Shown here: piece after piece, positions 51,516 to 60,712 of the stretch
Layout of the letters: the number at the start of each line of letters is the position of its first letter
Position numbering within the stretch: position 1 is the first letter of the stretch
Assembly (NCBI GenBank): GCA_963816675.1
Contig: CAWFLS010000021.1
Location: forward strand, 206,242 to 270,241
Source: an uncultured Chloroflexia bacterium
Lineage (GTDB): Bacteria > Chloroflexota > Limnocylindria > Limnocylindrales > CSP1-4
Direction of reading: 5' to 3'
DNA: 64,000 nt
Position numbers and translations under genes: made by a program
The notes under the pieces: model-generated
The model's database searches: none
What the model was told of the DNA's origin: nothing
The model's input: only the letters and a program-made list of their open reading frames with translations

Positions 51516-53247
51516 CTACTCCAGGTAGTCCTTGAGCTTGCGGCTCCGGGACGGATGCCGCAGCTTGCGGAGTGCCTTGGCCTCGATCTGGCGGATCCGC
51601 TCGCGGGTGACGTTGAACTCCTTGCCGACCTCCTCGAGCGTCCGGGCCCGGCCGTCCTCCAGTCCGAACCGGAGCTGCAGCACGCGCCGCTCGCGGCCCG
51701 TCAAGGAGTCCAGCACCGCCTCGACCTGCTCCTTGAGCAGCTGGTGCGACGCGGCCTCGGCCGGCGCCAGAGCCCCCCGGTCCTCGATGAAGTCGCCGAG
51801 GTGCGAGTCTTCCTCCTCACCGATCGGCGTCTCGAGCGAGACCGGCTCCTGCGAGACCTTGATGATCTCGCGGACCTTCTCGGGCGTGACCTGGACCTCC
51901 TGGCCCTTGGACATCGCCTCGGCGATCTCCTCGACCGTCGGCTCGCGCCCGAGCTCCTGCAGGAGCCCGCGCGACACCCGGATCAGCCGGTTGATCGTCT
52001 CGACCATGTGGACCGGGATGCGGATCGTCCGCGCCTGGTCCGCGATCGCCCGGGTGATGGCCTGCCGGATCCACCACGTCGCGTAGGTCGAGAACTTGAA
52101 GCCCTTCTCGAAGTCGAACTTCTCGACCGCCCGGATCAGGCCGATGTTGCCTTCCTGGATCAGGTCGAGGAACGACATCCCGCGGCCGATGTACTTCTTC
52201 GCGATCGACACGACCAGCCGCAGGTTCGCCGACGTCAGCTGCTCGCGCGCATCGCGCCCGATGACGACGATCGTGCCCTTGCGGTCGCGCAGCTTCGTGT
52301 TGAGCGGCACTTCCGGGTCGTAGCCCATCCGCTTGAGCAGATCGGCCTCGTTGCCGGCCAGGATCCAGCGCTCCAACGCCGGGAACGCCACCTCGTCGCG
52401 CGTCCAGTCGTAGATCGCCCGCAGGCCGACGTTGTCGCGCGAGTCGAGGTCGCCGTTGTGGACGGCGAGATACGCCCAGTCGAGGAGCGCGATGAACGTG
52501 TCCGGCGACAGCGCCTCGTTGTAGGCGTGGACGAGCTTCTTCGCCTCGCGCAGCCGCTCCTTGGTGCCTTCGGACTGCGCGTCACGACCGGCCTTGACGA
52601 GATGGAAGTCGGGCGTCGGGACGAGCAGGTCGGCGGCGAGATCGTCGGACGATCGCCCGGCGGACCAGGTCGTGGGCCTCGGGGCCGAACGGCAGTCGAT
52701 GCTGCGGCTTGGTCGTCCGGGTCTTGCGCTCGGTGTCGTGGAGCGTCCACTCGTGGAGCGAGATGATGCCCTTCCACGGGGCCTCGACCATCTGCTCGCC
52801 GAGCTCGATCGCCTTGGCGAGGACGACCTCTTCCTCGGCGGTCAGCAGGGCGACCTTGCCGATCTCCTTGAGGTACATCCGGACCGGGTCGTCGATCCCG
52901 ATCATGTCGGCCGAGATGGCCTCGAGGTCCTCGGCGGAGGGCTCCTCGACCTCCTTCGGGATCGAGCTTCGCCGGCGCGTCGGCCGGCAGCTTGGCGGCG
53001 ACGTCGGTCGCGCCGTCCTCGGCAACGACGATGATGCCGACGTCGGCGCCGTCCTCGGCGACCGCTTCCGGCCCGAGGTCGATCTCCTCGTCGTCGTCGT
53101 CGTCGTCGTCGGCGTCAGCGACGCGGCGACCTTCGGTCGCGACGGACGAAGCCCGGCCATCTTGGCCTCTTCGACGTCGGCCTTGGCACGGCGCGGCCGC
53201 GACAGGACGGCTTCTACTAGTTGCTTGTCGAGCGGATCTGCGGACAT
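51516..53247 (-). CDS. rpoD: primary RNA polymerase sigma factor (sigma-70/RpoD) with long non-conserved insertion and acidic region 1.1 (frame breaks)
   Basis: [15 protein letters not shown]...[21 protein letters not shown]...[33 protein letters not shown]...[81 protein letters not shown]...[54 protein letters not shown]. Confidence 0.9.
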
Positions 53248-53250
53248 TGG

Positions 53251-55205
53251 TTACCTCCGGTGGCTGGCGAGAAGCCGGGTCTGGTCGCGGCGCCGGTCGA
53301 GAGACAGGCGCGATTCGTTGATCTGACGTCGTTCGAACATGAGCCGGGCGATGGCCTCACGGTCGTCCGGCCCGTTCCGCCTCTGATTGGGCGGCTTCGT
53401 TGTAGTCGCTGCGTTCGCGCAGCTGGTCGTCCTCGAGTTCGAGGAGTAGTCGGGAGATTTCGTAATCGAGTCGGGCGCTGCCGAGCGTGCGCGGGTCCGG
53501 GCCCGCCCTGTGCATACAACGCTCGAGCGAGCGCGGCCGTTTCATCGTCGAGCGTGAGCAGCAGCGCCGCGCTGTCGAATGGCGGGTGAACGCCGTCGAT
53601 CGTCGGGCGCTCGCTGCAGGACGATCGCCCGGAACAGCTCGCGCGCGACCGTGCTCGGCAGCTGGTCCGGACCGAGCTCGTCCACGACCCGCAGCTGCTG
53701 GTCGGGCACGAGGAGCAGGAGTCGGAGCAGCTCCGACTCGACCGGCGTGATCGCACGGAGGATGTCGCGGATCGGAAGCGCGTCCGGCGAGGCGAGGACC
53801 GAGTCCGCGGTGATCCGCGAATCGCCGCCGCCGTGCGCCGACGATCGGCCCTTGACGATGGGGTTCCGAGCCGGGCGCTCGAGCACCTGGAGCAGGACAC
53901 GCTCCTCGACGCCCGAGGCACGGCGGACCTGACCGAGCGCCTCGTCACGGCGGAGCGGATCGGCGATGTTCCTGATGGCGGGCATGACGGCTTCCACGAA
54001 CCCGATACGCCCCGATGATGTCTTCAGATCGAACCGTGCCGCGTGATGGTCGATCAGGTACTCGACGAGCGGCTTCGCCTTCGAGACCGCCGACTCCCAA
54101 TTCGCCGGCGCCTCGCGGACGACCTCGTCGGGATCCTTGCCGTCCGGCAGCCGCGCGACGCGGACGTCCTCGAGCTTGACGCCCGAGTCGTCCGCCTGGA
54201 GCTGGCCGATGAGCGCGGCGAGCGAGGTGACGCCGAGCGTCCCCGCCTTCTCGCCGGCCGGGTCGACGTCGTAGGCGAGCACGATCCGGCTTGCGTACCT
54301 GGTCAGGAGCGCGACCTGGCCCGGCGTGAGCGCGGTGCCGAGGCTCGCGACGACGTTGTCGAAGCCCGCCTGATGGGCCATCAGCGCGTCGGTGTAGCCC
54401 TCGACGATGACGGCCTGGCCCGACTTGCGGATCGGCCCCTTGGCGCGATCGATCAGATAGAGGGTCCGGCTCTTGTCGAACAGCGGCGTCGCCGGCGAGT
54501 TCAGGTACTTCGGCCCGTCGCCTTCGAGAAGACGACCACCGAGACCGACGGCGTGCCCGTTCTGGTCGCGGATCGGGAAGATGACCCTGGCACGGAACTT
54601 GTCGTAGACGCCGCCGCGAGCCGATTCGCGCGCCGTCGCGAGGCCGACTTCGAGCAGCTCACCGGGGGCGATGTCGCGCTTTGCGGCGAGTGTCCGGGTG
54701 AGCTGGTCCCAGCCGGCCGGCGCCCAGCCGATCTGGTGAGCGGCGATGGTCTCGTCGGTGAAGCCTCGTCCGTGCAGGTATTCGAGGGCGCGCCTTGCCG
54801 GCGGTCGAGCCCGTGAGAACGGCGTGGTAGAACGCGATCGCGCTGTCGAGCACGCTCCGGAGTCGAGCCTTGTGGGCGTCGTCACGCTTCGTCCGCTCGT
54901 CGATCTCGACGCCCGCCTTCGCCGGCCAGCGTCCGAAGCGCCTCGGGGAACGCGACGCCGTCGCGCTGCATGACGAAGCTGAAGATGTCGCCGCCAAGGC
55001 CGCAGCCGAAGCAGTGCCAGCTCTCGCGCGACGGAGTGACGACGAACGACGGTGTCTTCTCACCGTGGAACGGACAGAGGCCCTTGTAGGTGGTGCCCGC
55101 CTTCTTCAGGCTGACCGTCTCGCCGACCACATCGACGACGGACAGCTTGCTTTTCACTTCGGCTGCGACACCGACCGCCAAATGGCGCCTCCTGGACCCG
55201 AACAT
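53251..55205 (-). CDS. dnaG: DNA primase (frame breaks; alternative TTG start at 55232)
   Basis: VKSKLSVVDVVGETVSLKKAGTTYKGLCPFHGEKTPSFVVTPSRESWHCFGCGLGGDIFSFV (CHC2 zinc finger)...YKFRARVIFPIRDQNGHAVGLGGR...PKYLNSPATPLFDKSRTLY...VIVEGYTDALMAHQAG...LGTALT...VLAYDVDPAGEKA (TOPRIM). TAA 53251-53253 lies just before the rpoD RBS GGAGG. Confidence 0.9.
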
Positions 55206-55216
55206 GGCTGTGGGCC

Positions 55217-55275
55217 TGTCAAGTCTTGACAAGCCCGGTTGCCAGTATTGTGCCTCAGCGAAGCCGCCATGTCAA
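55217..55275 (-). promoter_or_regulatory. sigma-70-like promoter (TTGACA-17 nt-CACAAT, minus strand) plus a 15-bp perfect palindrome upstream of dnaG
   Basis: Read on the minus strand, the -35 TTGACA is at 55275-55270 and the -10 CACAAT is at 55252-55247, with an exact 17-nt spacer. The palindrome TGTCAAG-T-CTTGACA is at 55217-55231, 11 nt upstream of ATG 55205. Confidence 0.45.
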
Positions 55276-55335
55276 CCCCTTTGTCAATACTGCCTGGGGG
55301 TATCGGTCGGAAGCAGCCTGGATCCACGGCCGGCG

Positions 55336-56157
55336 TCACGCCTCCTCGTCGACCCGCGTCAGCCACTCGCGAACGAGCGCACGGAGCAGCCCTTCCTGCT
55401 CCCACGGAAGTCCATGGCCTGCCCGATCGAGGATCGCGATGGTCGCCCGTGGGTAGGCGTCCGTGAGGCGGAGCGCTGCCTGGTACCCGACGACCGCGTC
55501 CTGCCTCCCGAGGACGAACAGGGCAGGCCGCACGAACGGGATCGGGAGCTGATCGACGTCGAACGATAGTCGCTGCGTCAGTCTCGCGAGGAAGTCGGAA
55601 TCGTGGCGGTCCATCCTTGGCAGAAGCGGTTTCACGCGTTCGTACACGGTTGCCGACTGGACGACCATGGAAGCGGCCAGTCTTGCCGCCGTTTCGAGAC
55701 CGACCTCGGCTTCCATCCGCTCGACGAGTGTTTCGTCGGCGACGATGGTCGTCGGCTCGGGTACGTCCTCGTCGTCGGGATCCACCACCGGCACGACCTG
55801 GAGGAGTCCGTCGACCATGCCAAAGCGACGGTGGAGGACGGCCCGGGCGAGGTAGCCGCCGGCCGAGTGGCCGGCGAGGACGAAACGTTCGCCCGGGATG
55901 ACCACGTCGATGACCTCCAGGATGATTTCGAGGACCTGGTCATTCGTCGTGATCCAGGGTTCGCCTCTCGTCTCTCCGCGGCCCGGTAGGTCGAGATAGA
56001 TCCGCCGCCATCCCGGATCGGCGACGAACACCGGCTCGAGGTAGTCGGCGGGCACAGCCCAGTCGTCGGGCCAGCCCGGCAGAACGACGAGCGGTCTACC
56101 CGTGCCGAACGACTCGTAGTGGACCGTGATCCGGGACAGCCGACATTCCATCTTCAT
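55336..56157 (-). CDS. alpha/beta-fold hydrolase, intact (273 aa)
   Basis: MKMECRLSRITVHYESFGTGRPLVVLPGWPDD...GERFVLAGHSAGGYLARAV (GxSxG nucleophile elbow)...PALFVLGRQDAVVGY...AILDRAGHGLPWEQ. Confidence 0.75.
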   Translation of the reverse strand: MKMECRLSRITVHYESFGTGRPLVVLPGWPDDWAVPADYLEPVFVADPGWRRIYLDLPGRGETRGEPWITTNDQVLEIILEVIDVVIPGERFVLAGHSAGGYLARAVLHRRFGMVDGLLQVVPVVDPDDEDVPEPTTIVADETLVERMEAEVGLETAARLAASMVVQSATVYERVKPLLPRMDRHDSDFLARLTQRLSFDVDQLPIPFVRPALFVLGRQDAVVGYQAALRLTDAYPRATIAILDRAGHGLPWEQEGLLRALVREWLTRVDEEA

Positions 56158-56267
56158 GTCTCCCGACTGCGTATGGGGATCGCACGACCTAGCTGACGTG
56201 GATCGAACGCGGCAACGGCCCCGCGTTGGCCATCTTGACTGCGGTGCTAAGGTCATGTCACCGCTCC

Positions 56268-56285
56268 CATGTAACCGGTTACATG
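56268..56285. promoter_or_regulatory. perfect 18-bp palindrome CATGTAACCGGTTACATG, a LacI-family operator candidate
   Basis: The core TGTAACCGGTTACA resembles the generic LacI/GalR operator pattern TGNAANCGNTTNCA. It ends 10 nt upstream of the GTG start (56296) of the second LacI-family gene. Confidence 0.55.
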
Positions 56286-56295
56286 GAGTCCTTGG

Positions 56296-57336
56296 GTGAC
56301 GAAGACCTCGACCATCAGAGACGTCGCCAAGCGCGCAGGCGTAAGCACTGCGACGGCGTCGCGCGTGCTCAACGGCAGCGACCTCGTCAACGAGGCCACC
56401 CGCCAGACCGTGCTCCGGGTCATGGCCGAGCTGCACTACACCCCAAGCCTGGCGGCGCAACGCCTCAGTCTCGGCCGGACCCTGACGATCACGGTCGTCA
56501 CGTCGTTCCTGACCCGTCCGCAGGCCGCCGAACGGCTGCGCGGCGTCGACGCCGTCCTCAGCGACAGCGCCTTCGACCTTGTCATCTACAACGTCGAGAC
56601 GGTCGAGAAGCGCGACCAGTACCTCGGCAGCCTCGCTCGCGCTCAGCGAACCGACGGACTGCTGGTCATCTCGCTGCCCCCTTCGCCCGACGACGTCGCA
56701 CGGCTCGCTTCGGCAGCCGTTCCGGTCGTCATCATCGACGCCTTCGTCCCGGACGAGACGACGCTTCCGCGGGTCAATGGCGACGATGCGGCCGGCGGCG
56801 CACTCGCCACGCGTCACCTGCTCGAACTCGGGCACCGCGAGATCGGCTACGTGGGCGATGAGTTCGAGAACCCCTTCGGATTCACATCCAGCCGTGAGCG
56901 CTTCCGCGGGTACGAGCGCGAGATGGCGCGGCGCCGGACTCACCCCTCCCCCAGCATGCGATCGCGCTCGGCGCCCACGGACGGTACGAGGCGCGCGAAC
57001 TCGCGATCCGACTCTTGAGCGGGTCCACTCCGCCGACCGCGATCTTCGCCGCGAGCGACACGCAGGCGCTCGGGGTCCTCTCGGCGGCCCACGAGCTCGG
57101 CCTGGACGTGCCGGGCGACCTGTCGATCGTCGGCTACGACGACATCGAGGCAGCCGATTACGTCGGCCTCACGACGATCGACCAGCAACTCTTCGAATCC
57201 GGCCGCCGCGGCGCCGAGCTGCTCCTCAGCGAGATCGACGAGCGCTCGCCGTGCCGCACCGACGATCGACTTGCCTCCCGAGCTGGTGGTCCGTGCGACC
57301 ACGGCGCCGCCAAAGGGGGGCCGAGTCAGGTCGTGA
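56296..57336 (+). CDS. LacI-family transcriptional regulator, second copy (frame breaks ~56930-57010; end approximate)
   Basis: MTKTSTIRDVAKRAGVSTATASRVLNGSDLVNEATRQTVLRVMAELHYTPSLAAQRLSLG (HTH)...GLLVISLP...VVIIDAF...IGYVGD / PPTAIFAASDTQALGVLSAAHELGLDVPGDLSIVGYDDIEAADYVGLTTIDQ / ELVVRATTAPP. Confidence 0.85.
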
Positions 57337-57381
57337 TCGACGCGTCCAGGTCAGGTGGATCGACGTTTCCAGGAGGACCAG

Positions 57382-58903
57382 ATGTTCAGACACTCGTCGG
57401 CGCCACATGGGCGCTTGCTTCGAGGCCGCGAAGGTGGCGGATATCGGGCAGCCGCTGCATTGGTCATCGGGGCGCTCATCGTCGGCGGCTGCGCGGCGCC
57501 CGGCACGCAGAGCGCTGCACCGGCGGCATCAACGGCAGCATCGGCGGCCCCATCGGCTGCGGCGACCGCCAGCGTCGCGGCATCAGCGTCGACTGAGGCG
57601 AGCGCCAGCGCCGGGGCGAGCGCCGCCGGCTCGGCATCCGCGTCGGCCAGCGCTGGCGCAAGCACCGCCGCGGGGCCGGACTGCGGCACAGAGCCCGTCG
57701 TCCTCAACGCCTACTTCGAGACCGGCTTCGATATCCCGTTCAAGCTCTCCGAAGAGTTCACGAAGCAGTTCCCGAACGTCACCTTCGACATCAAGCAGGA
57801 CCAGTTCACGAACCTGATGTCGTCGACGCCGCGGCTGCTCTCCGGCGACAACCCACCCGACCTGATCCGCCTTCCGAGCATGGTCTCGCTGGTCAAGGAC
57901 GGGCTGCTCAAGAACCTCGACGAGCTACGTCACGGCGTACGGATGGGACAAGTGGCCCGCCTCGCAGCTCGCCCAGAACCGGGTCGGCACCGACGGCACC
58001 CGTGGCGCCGGCTCGCTGTACGCGGCGGGCCTGAACTACAGCCTCACCGGGGTCTTCTACAACAAGAAGCTCGCCGCCCAGATCGGGATGACCGAGCCGC
58101 CGAAGACGCGTCGCTGAGTTCGAGGACCTGCTCGCCAAGGCCAAGGCGGCCGGTCTGCAGCCGATCATGCAGTGGAACGCAGCGGCCAGCGGTGCCGGCC
58201 TGGCCTTCCCGCTGCAGCAGCTGATGGCCGCGTATGGACCGACGGCAGCCGATCAACGACTGGATCTTCCAGAAGCCGAACTCGACCATCGACACGCCGA
58301 CCAACGTGACGGCGGCGCAGCATCTCGAGCAGTGGATCAAGGCCGGGTACTTCCCGAAGGACGCGAATGCGATCCAGTACACCGACGCCAACAGTCGATT
58401 CGGCAAGGGCGAGGGCGTCTTCATCTTCAACGGCGACTGGCAGGACGCCGGGCTACGACAAGGACGCCGCGGGCAATGTCGGGTTCTTCGTCTTCCCGCC
58501 TGCCGAGGCGGGTGGTTCCTTGGCCGCCATGTCGGCGCCGCTGACCTACGGCATCGCCGAGAAGGCAAAGCACGCCGACTGTGCCGCCTTCTTCTTCAAC
58601 TGGGTCGCCACCAACGAGAAGGCCCGTGAGATCAACGTCGCCATCGGTGGCTCCAACCCTGGCGGCCCCACGGAGCTCCCCGTACCTCCCGCGAAGGAAG
58701 GCTCCGTGATCAACGAGACGCTGGCAGCGGGTAAGGAAGTCGCCAAGGCCAGCGGCGGGATGGACTTCATCGCCAACGCCACCGGTTCGATCTTTGCCCA
58801 GGGCTGGACGCCCGAACTGCAGAAGATGATCGGCGGCAAGCAGACCCCCGAGGGGCTGCTAAAGGCCGTCCAGGCGGAGTACGTGAAGGAGCTCGCCCAG
58901 TGA
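57382..58903 (+). CDS. ABC transporter sugar-binding lipoprotein with Ala/Ser-rich linker (frame breaks)
   Basis: AGGAGGA at 57371-57377. Sequence: MFRHSSAPHG...AAALVIGALIVGGC (lipobox), then AAPAASTAASAAPSAAATASVAASASTEASASAGASAAGSASASASAGAS, then VVLNAYFETGFDIPFKLSEEFTKQFPNVTFDIKQDQF / LYAAGLNYSLTGVFYNKKLAAQIGM / IMQWNAAASGAGLAFPLQQLM / GVFIFNGDWQ / FFVFPPAEAGG. Confidence 0.85.
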
Positions 58904-58926
58904 GCTCGAGCCAGGGAGGGTAGCGG

Positions 58927-59875
58927 TTGTCGAACCCCGCGCTCCTCCGCGCGGGCCAGCGGCGGTCCGTGCCTGCTGCCCGGAGGGCCTTGCGAGTTCG
59001 CAGGGCCCTCCGGTCGCACCTGGTCGGCTGGCTGTTCGTCGCGCCGGCCCTCCTGATGTACGCGATCTTCGTGCTGCAACCGCTGGTGCTGACCGTCCAG
59101 TACTCGCTCTATCGATGGGACGGGATCGGGCCATCGACGTGGGTAGGCGCCGACAACTACGTCAACGTCCTGACCAATCCGGATCTGCTCGAGTCGATCT
59201 TCAACGCGTTCCGGCTGGTCTTCTTCTTCAGCGTCGTCCCGGTCACCCTCGGTCTGATGGTCGCCTCGATCATCCGGCGGATCGCGACCGGGCGGCTGGG
59301 CACGGCCACGAGGACCGTCCTGTTCCTCCCGCAGGTGATCCCGCTGGTTGCCGCCGGCATCGTCTGGAGCTGGGTCCTTTCGCTGTCGGGGATCGCCAAT
59401 CAGTTCCTGTCGGCGATCGGTCTCGATGACATCACCCGGGCATGGCTCGGGGACTTCGACACTGCGCTTCCAGCCGTCGGGATCATCGGCGCGTGGGTGC
59501 TGCTCGGGCTGTGCACGGTCCTGTTGCTCACCGGCATGAGCAAGATCGACGGCGGCCTCTACGAAGCCGCGAGGATCGATGGCGCAGGCGCCTGGAGCGA
59601 GTTCCGGGCGATCACGCTGCCGAGCCTTCGCAACGAGATCGTGGTCTGCGTCACCGTGACGGTCATCGCGGCCCTCGCCAGCTTCGACATCGTCTACGTC
59701 TCGACCGGTGGCGGACCGGGGCTGGCGACCATGGTCCCGGGTCTCCAGATCTACCACCTCGCGTTCTCGGCGCGACAGGTCGGCACTGGCGTCGGCGCTG
59801 GCCGTCGTGCTCGTCGTCCTCGTCCTCGTCGCGATCCTGCCGATCCAGCGCCTGAGCCGCGGGAGCGACGAATGA
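58927..59875 (+). CDS. carbohydrate ABC transporter permease (one frame break ~59785)
   Basis: LVGWLFVAPALLMYAIFVLQPLVLTVQYSLYRWDG...GAWVLLGLCTVLLLTGMSKIDGGLYEAARIDGAGAWSEFRAITLPSLRNEIVVCVTVTVIAAL (EAA loop). The true end is ...LAVVLVVLVLVAILPIQRLSRGSDE*, whose TGA overlaps the next gene's ATG. Confidence 0.85.
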
Positions 59876-60696
59876 GGATCGCTCGCCACGAGGTCTACAT
59901 CGCCCGCGCCGTGCTGGTCGCGTTGATGGCGATCACGATCATCCCGTTCGTCAGCATGTTCACGACCGCCCTGCATCCATCGGGTTCGGTGCCGCCGGGC
60001 CTCGAATGGCCGGCCGATCCCCAGTGGGGCAACTTCGTCGACGCGTTCGATGTGGCGAACATGGGCGAGCTGCTCTTCTCGAGCTCGTTCATCGTTCTCG
60101 GCGTCGTCCCGATCGCGGTGTTGATCTCGACGATGGCCGGCTTCGCGATCGGCCATCTGCGGATCCCAGGCGGCCGGATCCTGTTCGTCCTGTTCCTGCT
60201 GGGTCTCACGCTGCCGCTCGAGGGCATCATCACGCCGCTCTACGTGCAGTCGCGCCAGCTCGGGATCCTCAACACCCGGCTGGCGATCGTGCTGCCGCTG
60301 ATCGGGCTCTACATGCCGTTTGCCGTGTTCTGGATGCGGGCGCACTTCATCAACATGCCGTCGGAGATCTCGGAGGCCGCTCGCATCGACGGTGCAGGCA
60401 CGTGGGCCCTGTTCTGGCGGGTGCACGTGCCGTTGGCTCGACCCGCCGTCGCTTCGCTGGCGATCCTGCTATCGGTCTGGACGTGGAACCAGTTCCTCCT
60501 GGCGCTGGTCCTCGTCGAGGACCCGAGCCAGCGGACGATGGCCGGGGCGCTCGGCGCGTTCCAGGGCCACTACTCGACCGACATCCCGCTGCTCTGCGCC
60601 GGCTCGCTGCTGATCCTCACGCCGACCCTGATCGTGTTCCTGCTCTTCCAGCGACAACTGGTGGCGGCGCTGCTCCAGGGGTCGGTCAAAGGGTAG
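59872..60696 (+). CDS. carbohydrate ABC transporter permease, intact
   Basis: MRIARHEVYIARAVLVALMAITIIPFVSMF...FWMRAHFINMPSEISEAARIDGAGTWALFWRVHVPLARPAVASLAILLSVWTWNQF. Confidence 0.9.
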   Translation: MRIARHEVYIARAVLVALMAITIIPFVSMFTTALHPSGSVPPGLEWPADPQWGNFVDAFDVANMGELLFSSSFIVLGVVPIAVLISTMAGFAIGHLRIPGGRILFVLFLLGLTLPLEGIITPLYVQSRQLGILNTRLAIVLPLIGLYMPFAVFWMRAHFINMPSEISEAARIDGAGTWALFWRVHVPLARPAVASLAILLSVWTWNQFLLALVLVEDPSQRTMAGALGAFQGHYSTDIPLLCAGSLLILTPTLIVFLLFQRQLVAALLQGSVKG

Positions 60697-60712
60697 GAAG
60701 AGGGTCACTCGC

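Noticed and set aside
53090-53110. A tandem repeat considered as a possible CRISPR or VNTR element.
   Set aside because: It is a simple (GTC)7 trinucleotide run inside rpoD that encodes poly-Asp. I saw no repeat-spacer architecture anywhere in the window.
58546-60426. Very long antisense ORFs in the track: 58546-60426 minus, 43902-45230 minus, 42986-44062 minus, 18410-19753 minus, 62687-63784 minus, 28097-28996 plus, 14032-15165 plus.
   Set aside because: All are Arg/Pro/Gly/Asp-rich, have no recognisable motifs, and lie opposite genes with clear family signatures. These are typical stop-codon-poor antisense frames of ~70% GC DNA.
58927-60696. A 589-aa ORF suggesting a fused double permease.
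   Set aside because: The first permease shifts frame at ~59785 and ends at TGA 59873-59875, overlapping the ATG of the second permease. This is the standard two-permease arrangement.
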